Positions 9,417 to 24,200 of a stretch of DNA of 64,000 nt are shown here, one piece after another. Made by a program: the position numbers and the translations under genes. Position 1 is the stretch's first letter. Each line of letters opens with the position of its first letter. A model generated the notes under the pieces. That model saw only the letters and a list, made by a program, of their open reading frames with translations. It searched no databases and was not told the origin of the DNA. Where the stretch lies: sequence record PQ390715.1; one strand, 5' to 3'.

Positions 9417-11954
9417 TTATTTGAAATTGTCACGTAGAACTTCTTCAAGTGTTTTATCTGGATTGCTAATGGCTACATTATAAATCAATTCTTTAAATGC
9501 AGTTAGTGCCTGCTCAGTTGCTTCTGGACCAAAGTTCTCACTAATGCTTTTAAACATACTTTGTGCACGTTCTGATTTGATACAACTAGTTACAAACTTG
9601 TCAATTTCATTACGAAGCTGCTTAGTTGTCATGTCACCAATGAGCATCTCACTAATTTCTTTTGGTTCATCTGCACTTGTTCGGACATTCGTAAAACCAA
9701 ACACATCATCACCTGAGCCAAAGCTACGTTTTTCTTTTTTAGTTTCTTTTACTGGTTCTTCTTCAACTTCTTGTTCGTATTCTTTAGTAAAGAGATGAGA
9801 TAGTACATCATCAAGATTTTTAACCATACCGTCAATACGAGATTCAGCATTCTTGGATACATGTTTGAATGCTTGCTCTAGTGCTTTTTCTTGAATCTGG
9901 TCACGAACATTATTAACTACATTACGAAGTTTTTCATTACAGTTGTCTAAAATTTCTAATACTTCACCAGTTTTGATTTTTTCCAAAAGTACATCTAAAT
10001 CAGATTTTACATGTTGTTTTTGACTTACTTCACCATTAAGAATTGAATTCAATTCTTTAGCACCTTCAACTGCTTCTTCATGTGTTTTAAATTCAACTGG
10101 TACGTCAACACCATCCAGTACAATATTAAGCACTTTACCATCAACGTAGGCGTAGGAGTAAGATGCTTTTTTGAAAGAAATAGTTTTGAAGAAAATGTTG
10201 CTCATATTGATATACTCCTTAATGCCCACTAGCTGGGAAGGTTTTAAACATATAGTGACATTGTACTAAATCATCGAACTTCAAGCCGAAGTCTTTAGTA
10301 CCCATCAGTGTGTGGTAAAAATAATGCGAAATTGTATTAGTTTCAGCGTCTTTAATATAGATACCAAATTCGGTACAGCAAAACTGAACAACTTCATTAT
10401 AACTTTCTAACTTGGAAATTACAAGTACTTGATCATAAGAATTTTTATCAAATCCAATGATGTACATTTCCTCTGTTTCTGGGTGTACAATCATCCCACC
10501 GCGAGAAATAATTTTCTCGAAGTTACTGCTCAAGTACTGAATTGTTGAACTTAAGTTCATTTACAACTCCTTACGTATTACTCGTCCGGTAAGATGTTCA
10601 TCTGTACAGAACTTCATTATAAATGCTTTTAGATGGAAGTCTTCTAAAATTCTATATGCTTGCTTTTTCATAACGACTTCCTTCTTCTCCACATCAACAA
10701 TTATATCATGTTTCTCGTGAAGTTCCTGGATCATTTGATATGAATTCAAACTTAGTACGCTCATAACCACCAATGTCCTCCATCTCCCACAAAATTTGAA
10801 CTGCCACTTCTAATTCGTGGTGAATTTGAAAATAACCATTACTTGCAGTATAGATGTAGCCATTTTTAGTAATTGCATAACCCCACTTTTTACTTTGAGA
10901 ATGCATCTCACGTTTCAACCCATAAGGTGATGGTGGCTTCTTGACTGGTTCTGGTTCTCGGTTTTCGTTGTAAATCTCTTGTTCGATTCGCAACGCTTTA
11001 TGATATGAGTATACATGAATCAGGCGACAAAGTACAATAGTAATGCAACAAATAATTGTAAATGTTATCAAGCTCATCAATTTGCCCTCTGCCTAGATAC
11101 ATATTCATTAATTGCATCTTCCAAATCATACCCTGACATTTTTACATTATCAATTGAAACATGATATTTTTTCAGCACTTTTTGTCCAGCAGTGTTCTCC
11201 CATATAGACCCATCAGGCTCAATATGAACTTTATGGTTCAGGATGAAATCGAACATTTCTTCTTTTGATAAGTTTGCTTTACGGGTTTCAATGTGATTAG
11301 TATTAAGTAATTCACGAGTATGTTTAATGCCATATTCAGTGTGCACACCAACACTACGATGCAAAACTTTTAACTGCTCGGAAGCAGTCTCTTCATCATA
11401 AACATGAATAGTTTCAGTACTATATAAAATATCCTGAATATTACCAGTACTTACTTCTGTCCAAGTGTCTTTGAAATGAATTTGGATTGTTTTCATGGAA
11501 GCTCGTATTAGTTATATGCGGTGAATAGGTCAATGTTTTTATCATCTACACTGATTAATTTACCAGTTGAACTAACAAACACAATATTACCACCAGGGGT
11601 GAGTTGAACACGCTGGTTTACTGAATATTGATCACTAAGGTTATAATTAGCCCATTCAACTACATAACGCTGTTCAACACCGTTAGTATCATATAGATAA
11701 ACATGTGTAACGTCACGCATTTTTAAACGGTCTAACAGTGTAGAGTTGTCCATGAAATCCGATGGTGTATTGCTGCGTAATGCAATACCGAACTCACCGA
11801 TAACAGTACTAATTGTCAGTCCGTTTGAAAAACGGCTACAAAGAGTCTTCTCATCAGCAATATGCATCCATAAAACATTCTTTACATCAATATCAACAAA
11901 TTCACAGTTTTCAAAAACCAAACCTACTTTGGAAACTTTACCATTAAATTGCAT
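9417..11954 (-). other. run of 6 hypothetical genes (9417-10229, 10219-10560, 10561-10773, 10706-11080, 11077-11496, 11508-11954)
   Basis: Packed co-oriented ORFs. Confidence 0.75.
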
Positions 11955-12405
11955 TAGTAACTCCTATTTTTTTGTATTTTAAAATAAAATCTCTTACTGC
12001 TTTCATAAGTTTAAATGGAATAGCTAATTCTTTGACCGTACTATCCATGAAATGTTCTTCTTCTGTTTTATAGAATGTTGACATGAAATGGTCGCAATCA
12101 TCAATTCTATCCCAGAAATCTGAGACACTTGGCTTGTTTGCAATAACAGTGATTTTCTTATCAGTTTTAGTGTGGGAAGCATGTATCGTTAATCCAATAT
12201 CACCCTTCTCAACACGAATTATAAACGAATTATCAGATGTATAGTTCAGCCAACAATCGTCACCGAAGTATACAGTACTGTGTTTCTTCTGAAATGAAGT
12301 TGCGGTGTTAAGAACACCAATAACAACATCAACTGTTTTTTCATTTAAAATATTAGACATTTTTATTCCTGCTTCGTATGTTTCGTGAAATCTCAAATAT
12401 TCCAT
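11944..12405 (-). CDS. EExxFQ-motif family protein
   Basis: C-terminal TEEEHFMDSTVKE. Confidence 0.7.
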   Translation of the reverse strand: MEYLRFHETYEAGIKMSNILNEKTVDVVIGVLNTATSFQKKHSTVYFGDDCWLNYTSDNSFIIRVEKGDIGLTIHASHTKTDKKITVIANKPSVSDFWDRIDDCDHFMSTFYKTEEEHFMDSTVKELAIPFKLMKAVRDFILKYKKIGVTNAI

Positions 12406-12781
12406 TCAACTGCTCAACAGTTAAACCCTGTAAATCGTAAACTGTTGATAGTTGAAAGAACATCTCTGAATCTATAGTATCATGTTCAATTGGAAGACTC
12501 AAGAGGTCGTTATTAATAAAATAATCATATGTTCGAATTGTCAAAGAATCACCAAAGATATCAATGTAAAATTTCGGAACATTATGTAACGAAACATCTA
12601 TTAATATGTTTTCAGCATCTCTACAAGAAATTTTAGAATTATTTTTATAAGATTGGTATGAAAAATTATAAGGTTCATCGACCGATGTGTATGATGAGGT
12701 ATCACCTTCGGAAAATATTACACCACATTCAATAAGATGTGTTAACGACTTAGGTGGAATTTTTAACATTTCACTTCCCAT
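12353..12781 (-). CDS. EExxFQ-motif family protein
   Basis: C-terminal DSEMFFQLSTVYDLQGLT. Confidence 0.75.
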   Translation of the reverse strand: MGSEMLKIPPKSLTHLIECGVIFSEGDTSSYTSVDEPYNFSYQSYKNNSKISCRDAENILIDVSLHNVPKFYIDIFGDSLTIRTYDYFINNDLLSLPIEHDTIDSEMFFQLSTVYDLQGLTVEQLNGIFEISRNIRSRNKNV

Positions 12782-13199
12782 CCTTACTCATATTACTACG
12801 GATCACCCCACTAAGAAAACATATTTTCCTTAATGTATCATAACTGATATTTGTAAGATCATGTACAAAATTCAACTGCAAGTACATTTCTTCAGTTAAT
12901 TGATTAAATGTATCATCAACATGAATGTTAGTATGTTCCGTTATATCTATTTCTATATTATTTTCCCAAATATCAATGCTAACAGCATAGTCTGATGTAT
13001 GTCTGGATTGAACTGAAATAAAAATATTATTACTGTTGTATAATGTCTCGGTGTATCCATTCAAAAATGATCCAACGACAACATCAAAAATGCCATCTCT
13101 AATTGGGTTTTTTGTTTCAAACGTATCACTACAAACTTGACGGTATACAATGTCAACATACTTATCAATTAAAGTAAACAAATAACTCATTGCATTCAC
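12771..13199 (-). CDS. EExxFQ-motif family protein
   Basis: C-terminal TEEMYLQLNFVHDLTNIS. Confidence 0.7.
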   Translation of the reverse strand: MNAMSYLFTLIDKYVDIVYRQVCSDTFETKNPIRDGIFDVVVGSFLNGYTETLYNSNNIFISVQSRHTSDYAVSIDIWENNIEIDITEHTNIHVDDTFNQLTEEMYLQLNFVHDLTNISYDTLRKICFLSGVIRSNMSKDGK

Positions 13200-13424
13200 C
13201 TATATAAGAAAAAAGGCCGATTCATCGAATCAGCCTTAAGTATAACACAGTAGAAGTTAAAAAGTCAACTTCTAAATTACAGCATCCAAGAGGAATAAAA
13301 AGATACTGTTAGAGGGTAACGAATATAATGATTTTGAGGGTAATATCATTATACGTAAAAAAGTGATAGCTTCTATACATAAGGAGGAATCAGTACTGAC
13401 TAGAAGCTATCGGGTTAAACGATT

Positions 13425-13900
13425 TCAGTACTGAGTGTTTAGTTTAGGATGAGTATTTCCATCTTCGATTTGTTTTAGAATCGAGTCACGAATTTCTACT
13501 GCCCCTTGATAACTATATTTATCTTTTGGGATCACCCATGTATATTCACCATCAGTGGTTTTAAAATCAATACATGGATTATCCCTGTATTCAGATGCAA
13601 TGATTGAAATAACATGTAATGAATTCAATGAATGATTTGTATAAGGATAATTGTTATTGTCTCGGAACGTGAATGTTTTTAGTTCATCAGGTGCAACAAT
13701 GAATTCCATTATTCATCCTCGTACTTCTTGAATGGTGGAACATCTACCTTGAAGTCTTTGCACATCTTAGTTGTACGAACTTCAGTATTGTTGTGATAAT
13801 TTTTCTTAAATTCATAAGAAACATAATTACGAATACCAGGTGTATGAATAATAGCAAGAACCAATGTACGACCAAACAAGCATAATAAATTCCAGAACAT
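13425..13900 (-). CDS. two hypothetical proteins (13425-13709, 13709-13900)
   Basis: Coupled ORFs. Confidence 0.7.
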
Positions 13901-13909
13901 ATGAATCTC

Positions 13910-14275
13910 CTAATTGTGGGTTTTAACCAAACGTGAGACAGCTAGTATAGCATTAACCTCATCCAATGTCAACCCACCAATGTCATTAATCATTGAGTAC
14001 TGAAATAGTGATTCTTCAGTGTAATGGTAATCATGAGAAGCAATAAAGATTGCTGGTTTAGAGGCATCCAAAATTATCTTTGTCATTGTACTATATATAT
14101 CAAATTGATATAATAGATTTTCACCTGTATATGCTACGTAGATATTATTTGAATAGGCTGGATGTACCATTGTAAAACCATCATAACATAATATTTTTAT
14201 GTTCGGATCGTCAAAATTGCCTGTATAAAGGTTATTACAAACATCTTGCATTATACGTACTATTAGACTAGTCAT
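13910..14275 (-). CDS. EExxFQ-motif family protein
   Basis: C-terminal TEESLFQYSMINDIGGLT. Confidence 0.75.
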   Translation of the reverse strand: MTSLIVRIMQDVCNNLYTGNFDDPNIKILCYDGFTMVHPAYSNNIYVAYTGENLLYQFDIYSTMTKIILDASKPAIFIASHDYHYTEESLFQYSMINDIGGLTLDEVNAILAVSRLVKTHN

Positions 14276-14693
14276 TTAATGGATTTAGTACCTCTTCTGG
14301 AATCAACTTTTGAACTTTAAGTATAGCTTTAATGTCCTCAAATGTTAATCCTAATATGTCGTTAAGGAGGCAGTACTGGAAGAATTTTTCTTCAGTATCA
14401 ATATCGTTAACATTCAATTCAATTGATTCATCATCATAATCATAATCTTCATTATCACATTCATAACTTCTGAATATAACTTTTTCAAAATACACATCAA
14501 ATGAATAAAAATGATTATTGAATTCATAACCAAGAAAAATATTAAAACATTTACTCAAATCTGTGGTTTGATTCAAATCTGGATCATAGCAAAATACTCT
14601 AACTTCACCAATATCTTCTAATTGTACATCATGCAGTGACCATGCGTTGTTTTTTAATACATAGTTCACCATTTTAACAATGTTGTATGTCAT
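14268..14693 (-). CDS. EExxFQ-motif family protein
   Basis: C-terminal TEEKFFQYCLLNDILGLT. Confidence 0.75.
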   Translation of the reverse strand: MTYNIVKMVNYVLKNNAWSLHDVQLEDIGEVRVFCYDPDLNQTTDLSKCFNIFLGYEFNNHFYSFDVYFEKVIFRSYECDNEDYDYDDESIELNVNDIDTEEKFFQYCLLNDILGLTFEDIKAILKVQKLIPEEVLNPLND

Positions 14694-14699
14694 AGTGTA

Positions 14700-14789
<90 letters not shown>

Positions 14790-14810
14790 AGAAGTAAGAT
14801 AACCAACAAG

Positions 14811-14902
<92 letters not shown>

Positions 14903-14954
14903 GCCAAGAGTCGGCATAGGTGCAGCACTACAAAGTTCTTCAAGCTGCTTGGTA

Positions 14955-14986
<32 letters not shown>

Positions 14987-14987
14987 T

Positions 14988-15044
<57 letters not shown>

Positions 15045-15046
15045 TA

Positions 15047-16279
<1,233 letters not shown>

Positions 16280-16292
16280 TATATCATGTGAA

Positions 16293-17157
<865 letters not shown>

Positions 17158-17165
17158 CTTTTTTT

Positions 17166-17327
<162 letters not shown>

Positions 17328-17331
<4 letters not shown>

Positions 17332-17492
17332 GTTCGTACCATTATTTCAATAAAGAACCACGGATACGCTTCATGGTTTATAAGTTTATCGTATTCTGCT
17401 GGGTCTGACATGATTTCCCAATGATACTTTCTCCAGTTACCGAAACCTGCATATCTAAAATTAATGTCATTCATCCATTCTTCATGCGTCAT
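17328..17492 (-). CDS. MTHEEW-family 54-aa protein (not in ORF track)
   Basis: MTHEEWMNDINFRYAGFG...HWEIM...PWFFIEIMVRT. Confidence 0.75.
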
Positions 17493-17516
17493 GGTTTTTT
17501 AACCTTTAATTAAAAT

Positions 17517-17598
<82 letters not shown>

Positions 17599-17602
17599 AT
17601 TT

Positions 17603-17718
<116 letters not shown>

Positions 17719-17735
17719 ATGTGATGTCCCATTAT

Positions 17736-18008
17736 TTATGATTCAGTTTGAGGATTAAATTTGATAAATTCATCTTTATGTTCATCTTCAAACGCAATAT
17801 CTTCTACGTATTCAGGCCAAATCGTAGTGTCTCCTTGATAAAAGCGATAATTATCAAATACTGCACTACGCGTTCTTCCCTGTTCCCAGCCAATCGTACA
17901 GTCATGATATACATCCCCACTACTTGTACGAATACTAATGGTGTCTTGAGTTTCATAAAGAACTTCAATGCGTGTGTTACGATTTACGTTGAATTTTTCA
18001 AAATGCAT
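17736..18008 (-). CDS. hypothetical protein
   Basis: ORF with GAGG RBS. Confidence 0.7.
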   Translation of the reverse strand: MHFEKFNVNRNTRIEVLYETQDTISIRTSSGDVYHDCTIGWEQGRTRSAVFDNYRFYQGDTTIWPEYVEDIAFEDEHKDEFIKFNPQTES

Positions 18009-18061
18009 AATATTATCCTCATCTAGAACCAGTGATAATCATTATATAATGAATTAATGAT

Positions 18062-18280
18062 TTATGCAAGTGTTTTAGATACACCGACACCAATAATTCC
18101 AGTGATATCGATATGGATATTGGCAAGTTGATTACTATCATATGGGTTTGTTTCTGTAATAACCAATGTTGTATCATTGACTAAAACCACAGTACCTTTT
18201 ACACGATAACCATGTAGTAGTACTTGAACCTCATCTTCAGGTTTTAATGATTGAATAACTTCAAATAAAGTTGTTTCCAT
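18062..18280 (-). CDS. possible Sm/LSm-fold protein (probable start at METTLFEV)
   Basis: EVQVLLHGYRVKGTVVLVNDTTLVI...IHIDITGIIGV resembles Sm1/Sm2 beta pattern. Confidence 0.45.
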   Translation of the reverse strand: METTLFEVIQSLKPEDEVQVLLHGYRVKGTVVLVNDTTLVITETNPYDSNQLANIHIDITGIIGVGVSKTLA

Positions 18281-18296
18281 TTTTTGTATTCCTTGT

Positions 18297-18480
18297 TTAG
18301 TTTTGATTATTTGACTTTCTAAATGCCAGTTCGCATATAAACCAGGGTTTTCTGGTATCCAAAACATATGACCTGAAAAGATTTTCATCTCTTAATATAT
18401 CATAATGTACCTGACGAATGCCATTCCCAAAGCAGTCATGTTCTTTATGCTGTTTGGACATCCATTCTTCGTGTGTCATT

Positions 18481-18497
<17 letters not shown>
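18297..18497 (-). CDS. MTHEEW-family protein
   Basis: MTHEEWMSK..FGNGIRQVHYDILRD..PWFICELAFR. Confidence 0.75.
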
Positions 18498-18816
<319 letters not shown>

Positions 18817-18821
18817 TCTTA

Positions 18822-19016
18822 CTATTTTTTGTCTCTAATTGCAAGCTCATAGATGAACCAGTGGTTGCTATCCGCATCAAGTACAAATGATTTGAAAAGT
18901 TGTTTATCTTTTAACACATCATAATGACCTTGGCGTATACCAAAACCAAAAGGATTATGTTTGAATTTTAGTTCATCTATCCATTCTTTGTGTGTCATTT
19001 TATGTATCCAGTTCAA
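18822..19016 (-). CDS. MTHEEW-family protein
   Basis: MTHKEWIDE..FGFGIRQGHYDVLKD..HWFIYELAIRDKK. Confidence 0.75.
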   Translation of the reverse strand: MNWIHKMTHKEWIDELKFKHNPFGFGIRQGHYDVLKDKQLFKSFVLDADSNHWFIYELAIRDKK

Positions 19017-19070
19017 TTAAGTGTTTCATTTATTCTTCTGTAAAGAAAGCATTGCAATGGACAATGGAAA
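19000..19070 (-). pseudogene. remnant copy of the 3' end of the 18481-18696 gene
   Basis: tatgtatccagttcaattaagtg...gtaaagaaagca is near-identical to 18482-18540. Confidence 0.6.
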
Positions 19071-19076
19071 AGGTTA

Positions 19077-19256
19077 TTATATTTTTTTGTCTCTAACCGC
19101 AAGCTCATAGATGAACCAACGATTTCCATTCTCATCTAGTACATATGATTCGAACTTATATTTGTCTCGTAAAATATCGAAATGACCATCAATAAATCCA
19201 TTTCCAAACTGGTCATAACGTTTTTTCATCATTGCCATCCATTCTTCATGTGTCAT
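19077..19256 (-). CDS. MTHEEW-family 59-aa protein (not in ORF track)
   Basis: MTHEEWMAMMKKRYDQFGNGFIDGHFDILRD..RWFIYELAVRDKKI. Confidence 0.75.
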   Translation of the reverse strand: MTHEEWMAMMKKRYDQFGNGFIDGHFDILRDKYKFESYVLDENGNRWFIYELAVRDKKI

Positions 19257-19427
19257 CTCTTAATATCCATAACGGCTATACTAAAATATGTACCAAAATC
19301 ATCACAATTGATAATGTTGTTATAGTACTCAATTGGGTTACGCAATGATATATACAATTCAAGCTTAAAATAGTATATATCTGCTGCATTTATATTATAG
19401 TGTAGATTAAACCACTCATCAAATGTC

Positions 19428-19832
19428 TTAGGCTGCATTATATTTATCTTTATAAAAATCCATGATTTTAGTCAACAGTACTGCAATCGTATAATCTAAA
19501 TCAGGATAAAGTAAATTGTACTGAAATTCTTCCTCAACACTATAGTTAGTGGTACAGTACTGGTAATCTTTATAACCTATTGAAAAATAATTCGGATACA
19601 ATGTACAACGAAAGCGATAAGCTTCATCTGTCATATAATCATTGTATTCAACACAGAAGTATAGTGATTTTGAATTTAATTCGATAAGCTCCACGAAACC
19701 ATCTGGTAATGAATGGTTATAAATTACTGAATCTTCATTAAACCATTCATAGTATTTTTCCAAAAAATCACTAATGGATACATCCAGACTTTGTATAGGT
19801 GGAGTTATGATAATTTGAACTTCTTTATTCAT
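19428..19832 (-). CDS. EExxFQ-motif family protein (divergent)
   Basis: VEEEFQYNLLYPDL. Confidence 0.6.
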   Translation of the reverse strand: MNKEVQIIITPPIQSLDVSISDFLEKYYEWFNEDSVIYNHSLPDGFVELIELNSKSLYFCVEYNDYMTDEAYRFRCTLYPNYFSIGYKDYQYCTTNYSVEEEFQYNLLYPDLDYTIAVLLTKIMDFYKDKYNAA

Positions 19833-20377
19833 TTCGACCCCTTACTATATTTCACGTATGGGCTATCATACAGATCATAACTTTTTTGTGCACGTTCTTT
19901 TCGGCGTTCATACATGATTCTATCATACTCTTTAGCTTTCTGATTTGCTTCATTATACAATTTTAAAATTAGCAAAAATGCATCAAGATCGGGATAGTTT
20001 GCTGGATTGATAGTACTCAGCATAAATCGTTCTTCTTCAGTTCTAGCTAAGTCAAATTCATACTTAATAGTTTTATACCCACTCCATTTATATATATGCG
20101 TTACTTTATTAGTAAGTACATTATATTCAACGAAGTCAGTACTACCATCAAGTACACGAGTAATCTTAATAGATGTACCAATGACAATCTGTACAGAACT
20201 CATTTCTGAAGTTTTAAAGTAATAAATGTTATTACGGCGAAGATTAACTTCTCGATCTCCAATGCGAACATGCTTAATAACTTCCATTAATGGTTCTGGT
20301 ACACCACGAATTGGCATGTTAATGCTCCTTTTTAATTCTATACATTTTAACAGCACTGGTTTCCCAAAAGTCACCAT
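19829..20377 (-). CDS. EExxFQ-motif family protein
   Basis: TEEERFMLSTINP. Confidence 0.65.
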   Translation of the reverse strand: MVTFGKPVLLKCIELKRSINMPIRGVPEPLMEVIKHVRIGDREVNLRRNNIYYFKTSEMSSVQIVIGTSIKITRVLDGSTDFVEYNVLTNKVTHIYKWSGYKTIKYEFDLARTEEERFMLSTINPANYPDLDAFLLILKLYNEANQKAKEYDRIMYERRKERAQKSYDLYDSPYVKYSKGSK

Positions 20378-20585
20378 CTAAGTTGCTGAATTTATATATA
20401 GTTTCGAGATTTTCACCATCAAACGAAAACAACACAACATCTTCTTGTACAGTGCCGTTATGTAACATGATATCATAAACTTCATTTCTTACAAATAATT
20501 CTTTGGCCTTAGAAATATCAAAATCAATAAATTTCATATATCCTCCTATTATCATTATTTGTATTATATCAGAGTTTCATTGCAT

Positions 20586-20978
20586 CTACCAGCATGTTTT
20601 CATAACTTCTGTGATGTGATTCATTTTATCTTTAAGTACGTAAGGGATGCAAATTTCACCTGGGCTTAACGTTGTGTTCTTTTGAAACTCATCTTCTTCG
20701 GAATCAGCCAGGTAAAATGGGTGTGTCACAAAGGTATCATCAACTGGACGATTATGTGGTTTCATTAATGCATCATGATTGACAAAATAATAAGCATCAA
20801 TATCAGGACGGAAATACAAACAATCAACCTTAATGCACGGGTGTAACCATAAGGACAAAGAATATGTTATTTGGTTACCAATTTGTCTTGGGCCTGATGC
20901 AATTGTATTGATGTTATTTTTATCTTGTACCATTTCATAAATGAAATCTATCATTTCGTGTAGTTCTGATTCAGTCAT
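20586..20978 (-). CDS. EExxFQ-motif family protein (divergent)
   Basis: SEEDEFQKNTTL. Confidence 0.55.
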   Translation of the reverse strand: MTESELHEMIDFIYEMVQDKNNINTIASGPRQIGNQITYSLSLWLHPCIKVDCLYFRPDIDAYYFVNHDALMKPHNRPVDDTFVTHPFYLADSEEDEFQKNTTLSPGEICIPYVLKDKMNHITEVMKTCW

Positions 20979-21204
20979 TTTATTTCCTTAAAAAAATACC
21001 CAGTACTTGACTGGGTATTTACAAAGTAACGTTTAATCAGATTTCTTTTCGTAATCTGTAAAAACAGTCAGGATTGTTGCACATAGTGAATCAACTACTG
21101 ATGCACGTGTGTTATCAAGGTCTTTAGCTAGTGCTTGAATCTCTTGAAGTTTTACTACTAAGTCGATTTTTTGATTACTCATTACTTCTCCTATTGGATG
21201 TTTT

Positions 21205-24200
21205 TTAGATATTAATTTTTATACCACTAAGGTCTAGAACTTTTTTATTAGATACTGTTTCTGATTCTAATTTAGTTTCTTTTACCTCAGTGTTAATATT
21301 TACGTCATCTTTGAGAATATCAGGGATAATACCATGTTGAATATCATCGTACATAGAAACAACGGTTTCGGCACAAGATAACATTTCACGAACTTTGTAC
21401 TGATAACCCTGTGGTAACTCATTGATGATTTCCATAATATCTAGTAATTTAGTTTGGACATCAATAAGAATTTTTCTTGATTTTTCTGGTTCCATTACTC
21501 CAACTCCACAACATTACTTTTTTTGGATTTAATCACTGATGGTGGCTCATTAACGCTTGTTTGACCACGAAGTGATTTTTCCAACGCAATGATGCGTTTT
21601 AAAGTTTTTATTGATGGTCGCTTCTTCGTCAACTCAGCTTTTGCTTCTGAATAATATTTTCTTACATATCCATATGCATAATATTTTGAACCAATGAAAA
21701 TTTCAGCAACTACTGGATTTGAGTATTGTGTATCAATTCCATCCAGTTCTGTGTCTACCGAGTAAAATGAAATATTTGTATCACATGCTGAAATTTTAGC
21801 TACCAAAAGATTTGCATCAAACTTATCTAAAATTAGAGAAATTGTTTTTTCGGCATCAGCACTATATGGCATAGCAGACATTAAAAGTTGAAATGTCTTA
21901 AAGTACTTACTTCCACTAATCATGGTATTGAAAATCAATCCAATGGTGATTAATGCAAGTGTACCAATACACACAAACAAAAACCAATATTCAACACTCA
22001 TTTATAAATCCTCTTACTTTATATGATTAAAATGCCCCATCAAAAATGATGAGGCGGTAAGATAAATTACTTACGATTTGCTTTACGCAGTTCAGATAGT
22101 TCTTCTTGTAGACTTTTCTTCCATGCAATCAAGTGAGCAAAACGGATTGGCCTTGCACCAGTACCGTGGAATACTGCTAGAGCTTCTTCTGCTTGATGAA
22201 TCTGGAATTGAATGTAGTTCACAGTGCGGTCGAAGTCGGTGATATCTAGTACTTGTGCGTTAGTTTCTTTAGCCATTTTAATACCCTTTTATTTCTTTTT
22301 TATGAAAAACCCTCATCATTGAGGAATGGTTTGCATTTTAATATCTGCCGATAACAAACATTATATCACAATATCTGTTCTTGTCCAATTTTTAATTATT
22401 AGAAAGAACAATTTTTGAAACTGGTAAATCTGTATCATTTACACGTTGTTCATTATATCCATTCTGTACAAGAATGTCAATAACTTTAGAGTTATCAATT
22501 GTAAATGATTCTAACATATCATATCGGTAATAACCAATAGTCTGACTGAACTCATATTTTCCTGGCTGTTGACGACAACAAGTATTTGTTTCAGCCATAA
22601 TCTTATTGATTAGGTAATATGTTTCAGTACTATCAATATTGGGAATATAGATCTTATCATCAAAATGAATTACTTCATGTTTATTCATAGAGTGATTCAA
22701 TCTCCGCTTTAAGAATGGAAATGATCTCTTTCTGAAGGCCAGTAATTTCACTGTTCAAAGATGATAGTCGCTTCGATAATGCCATGAATTGCTTTGCATC
22801 TTCTTTAGAACGGTCATTTCGTACTTTATCAGAACTCCAGTTAGCATATGATTGCTCATCTTTCCTGTTAAGGATATCCCAGTCTAAACGTACTAGTTTA
22901 CGTTCTTTCTTCAGTTCGCTTAAGCGAGATTTCATTTCGTCTTTAGTCATTAGATTGTTCCTTTCATGAAGTCTGGAATAACGATTACGATAGGAGGATT
23001 ATACTCTACATAACCATTTTTTGTCAATAGACTTTTAATATCTGAAATCACATTATCATGCTGTTCAATATCTTTATCACAAAAGATTTCCAATTCTTTC
23101 TGAAACGGTTTTTTAACCGAGATGTTTTGAGTCAGTGTTTGGATTCTCTGTAACATATCAATTGGATCTGGACTGAACTCATTACCAACATAAAGAGTAC
23201 CAGATGCATCTTTTTCTAGCAAGACTTCTAAAATTTTCATTTCGTATCCTTCAATTTACTAAAGTTTTCTCGTGTAAATCCAGGAACTGGAAAATATACA
23301 TCACAGTCAACATCAGGATTCATAATTACCATGTCATTACATATTATATCACGAATTTTACTGCCGTCCACGATTTTTTGCATTAAATCATTCCATTTTT
23401 TACGAGAAATAACGAATGTACTAATTATACATAAATCATGTCCACGTTTTGAAATATATCCTAGTACTTCATTATCGTAAACAACACGTATGGTAACTTT
23501 TCCAATTGTAACCCCTCTTACTGGATTAATACTAGTATCTTCAAAAATTAATTCTAATTTAAGTTTACCATTCGAAATAAGTGATGAAGTATATCTAGAA
23601 ACCATTTTATCAATTTCTTGAGTCAAATCATCTCTATTTAGATATTCAAATACAGAATAAGTTAATTCGTCTGCACCTAGTTCTTGGATAGTTGGAAGCT
23701 GTGCCACCATATCCAAAGATACAGGTTCGATATATATTCTTTCAATATCAGAAGATTGTACAAATAGACAACCATCAGGTGTCGTATCTCTAACAATTTC
23801 GGCATAATATGTATAAAGATAAAAAACATTAGACTCTGATGAGTCAGTTTCTACCCAAATCTCAGATTGTTTCATTTCATCTTTATGAAGAATTCGTTGA
23901 GTAAATCCTATGTAAAAACCAAGATATAAATCATCATCAGTTTCAAACGGATTAAACATCAAATACGGATATTTGTCAAGGTACTCATTGAACTTACGCT
24001 GTACATCTCTATCACAATCCATGATATACTTTCGGAATTCAGAAATGATTATTTTTTCTAATGACATAATCAATCCTCAAGATGCATGTAGTACATAAAC
24101 ATCGCCAACCATATAAAAAACCCGAAACAACGAAGTAAAATATCAATTGTTGGATCTGTCCCACCATTAACTTGGTAAACGATTACTGGGATTAAAGCAA

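Noticed and set aside
13200-13425. Purine-rich intergenic stretches with plus-strand GGAGG (also ~14790-14870 and ~31740-31860) as antisense genes or riboswitches
   Set aside because: Explained by terminators, promoters and possible short minus-strand peptides; no convincing ORF or known aptamer.
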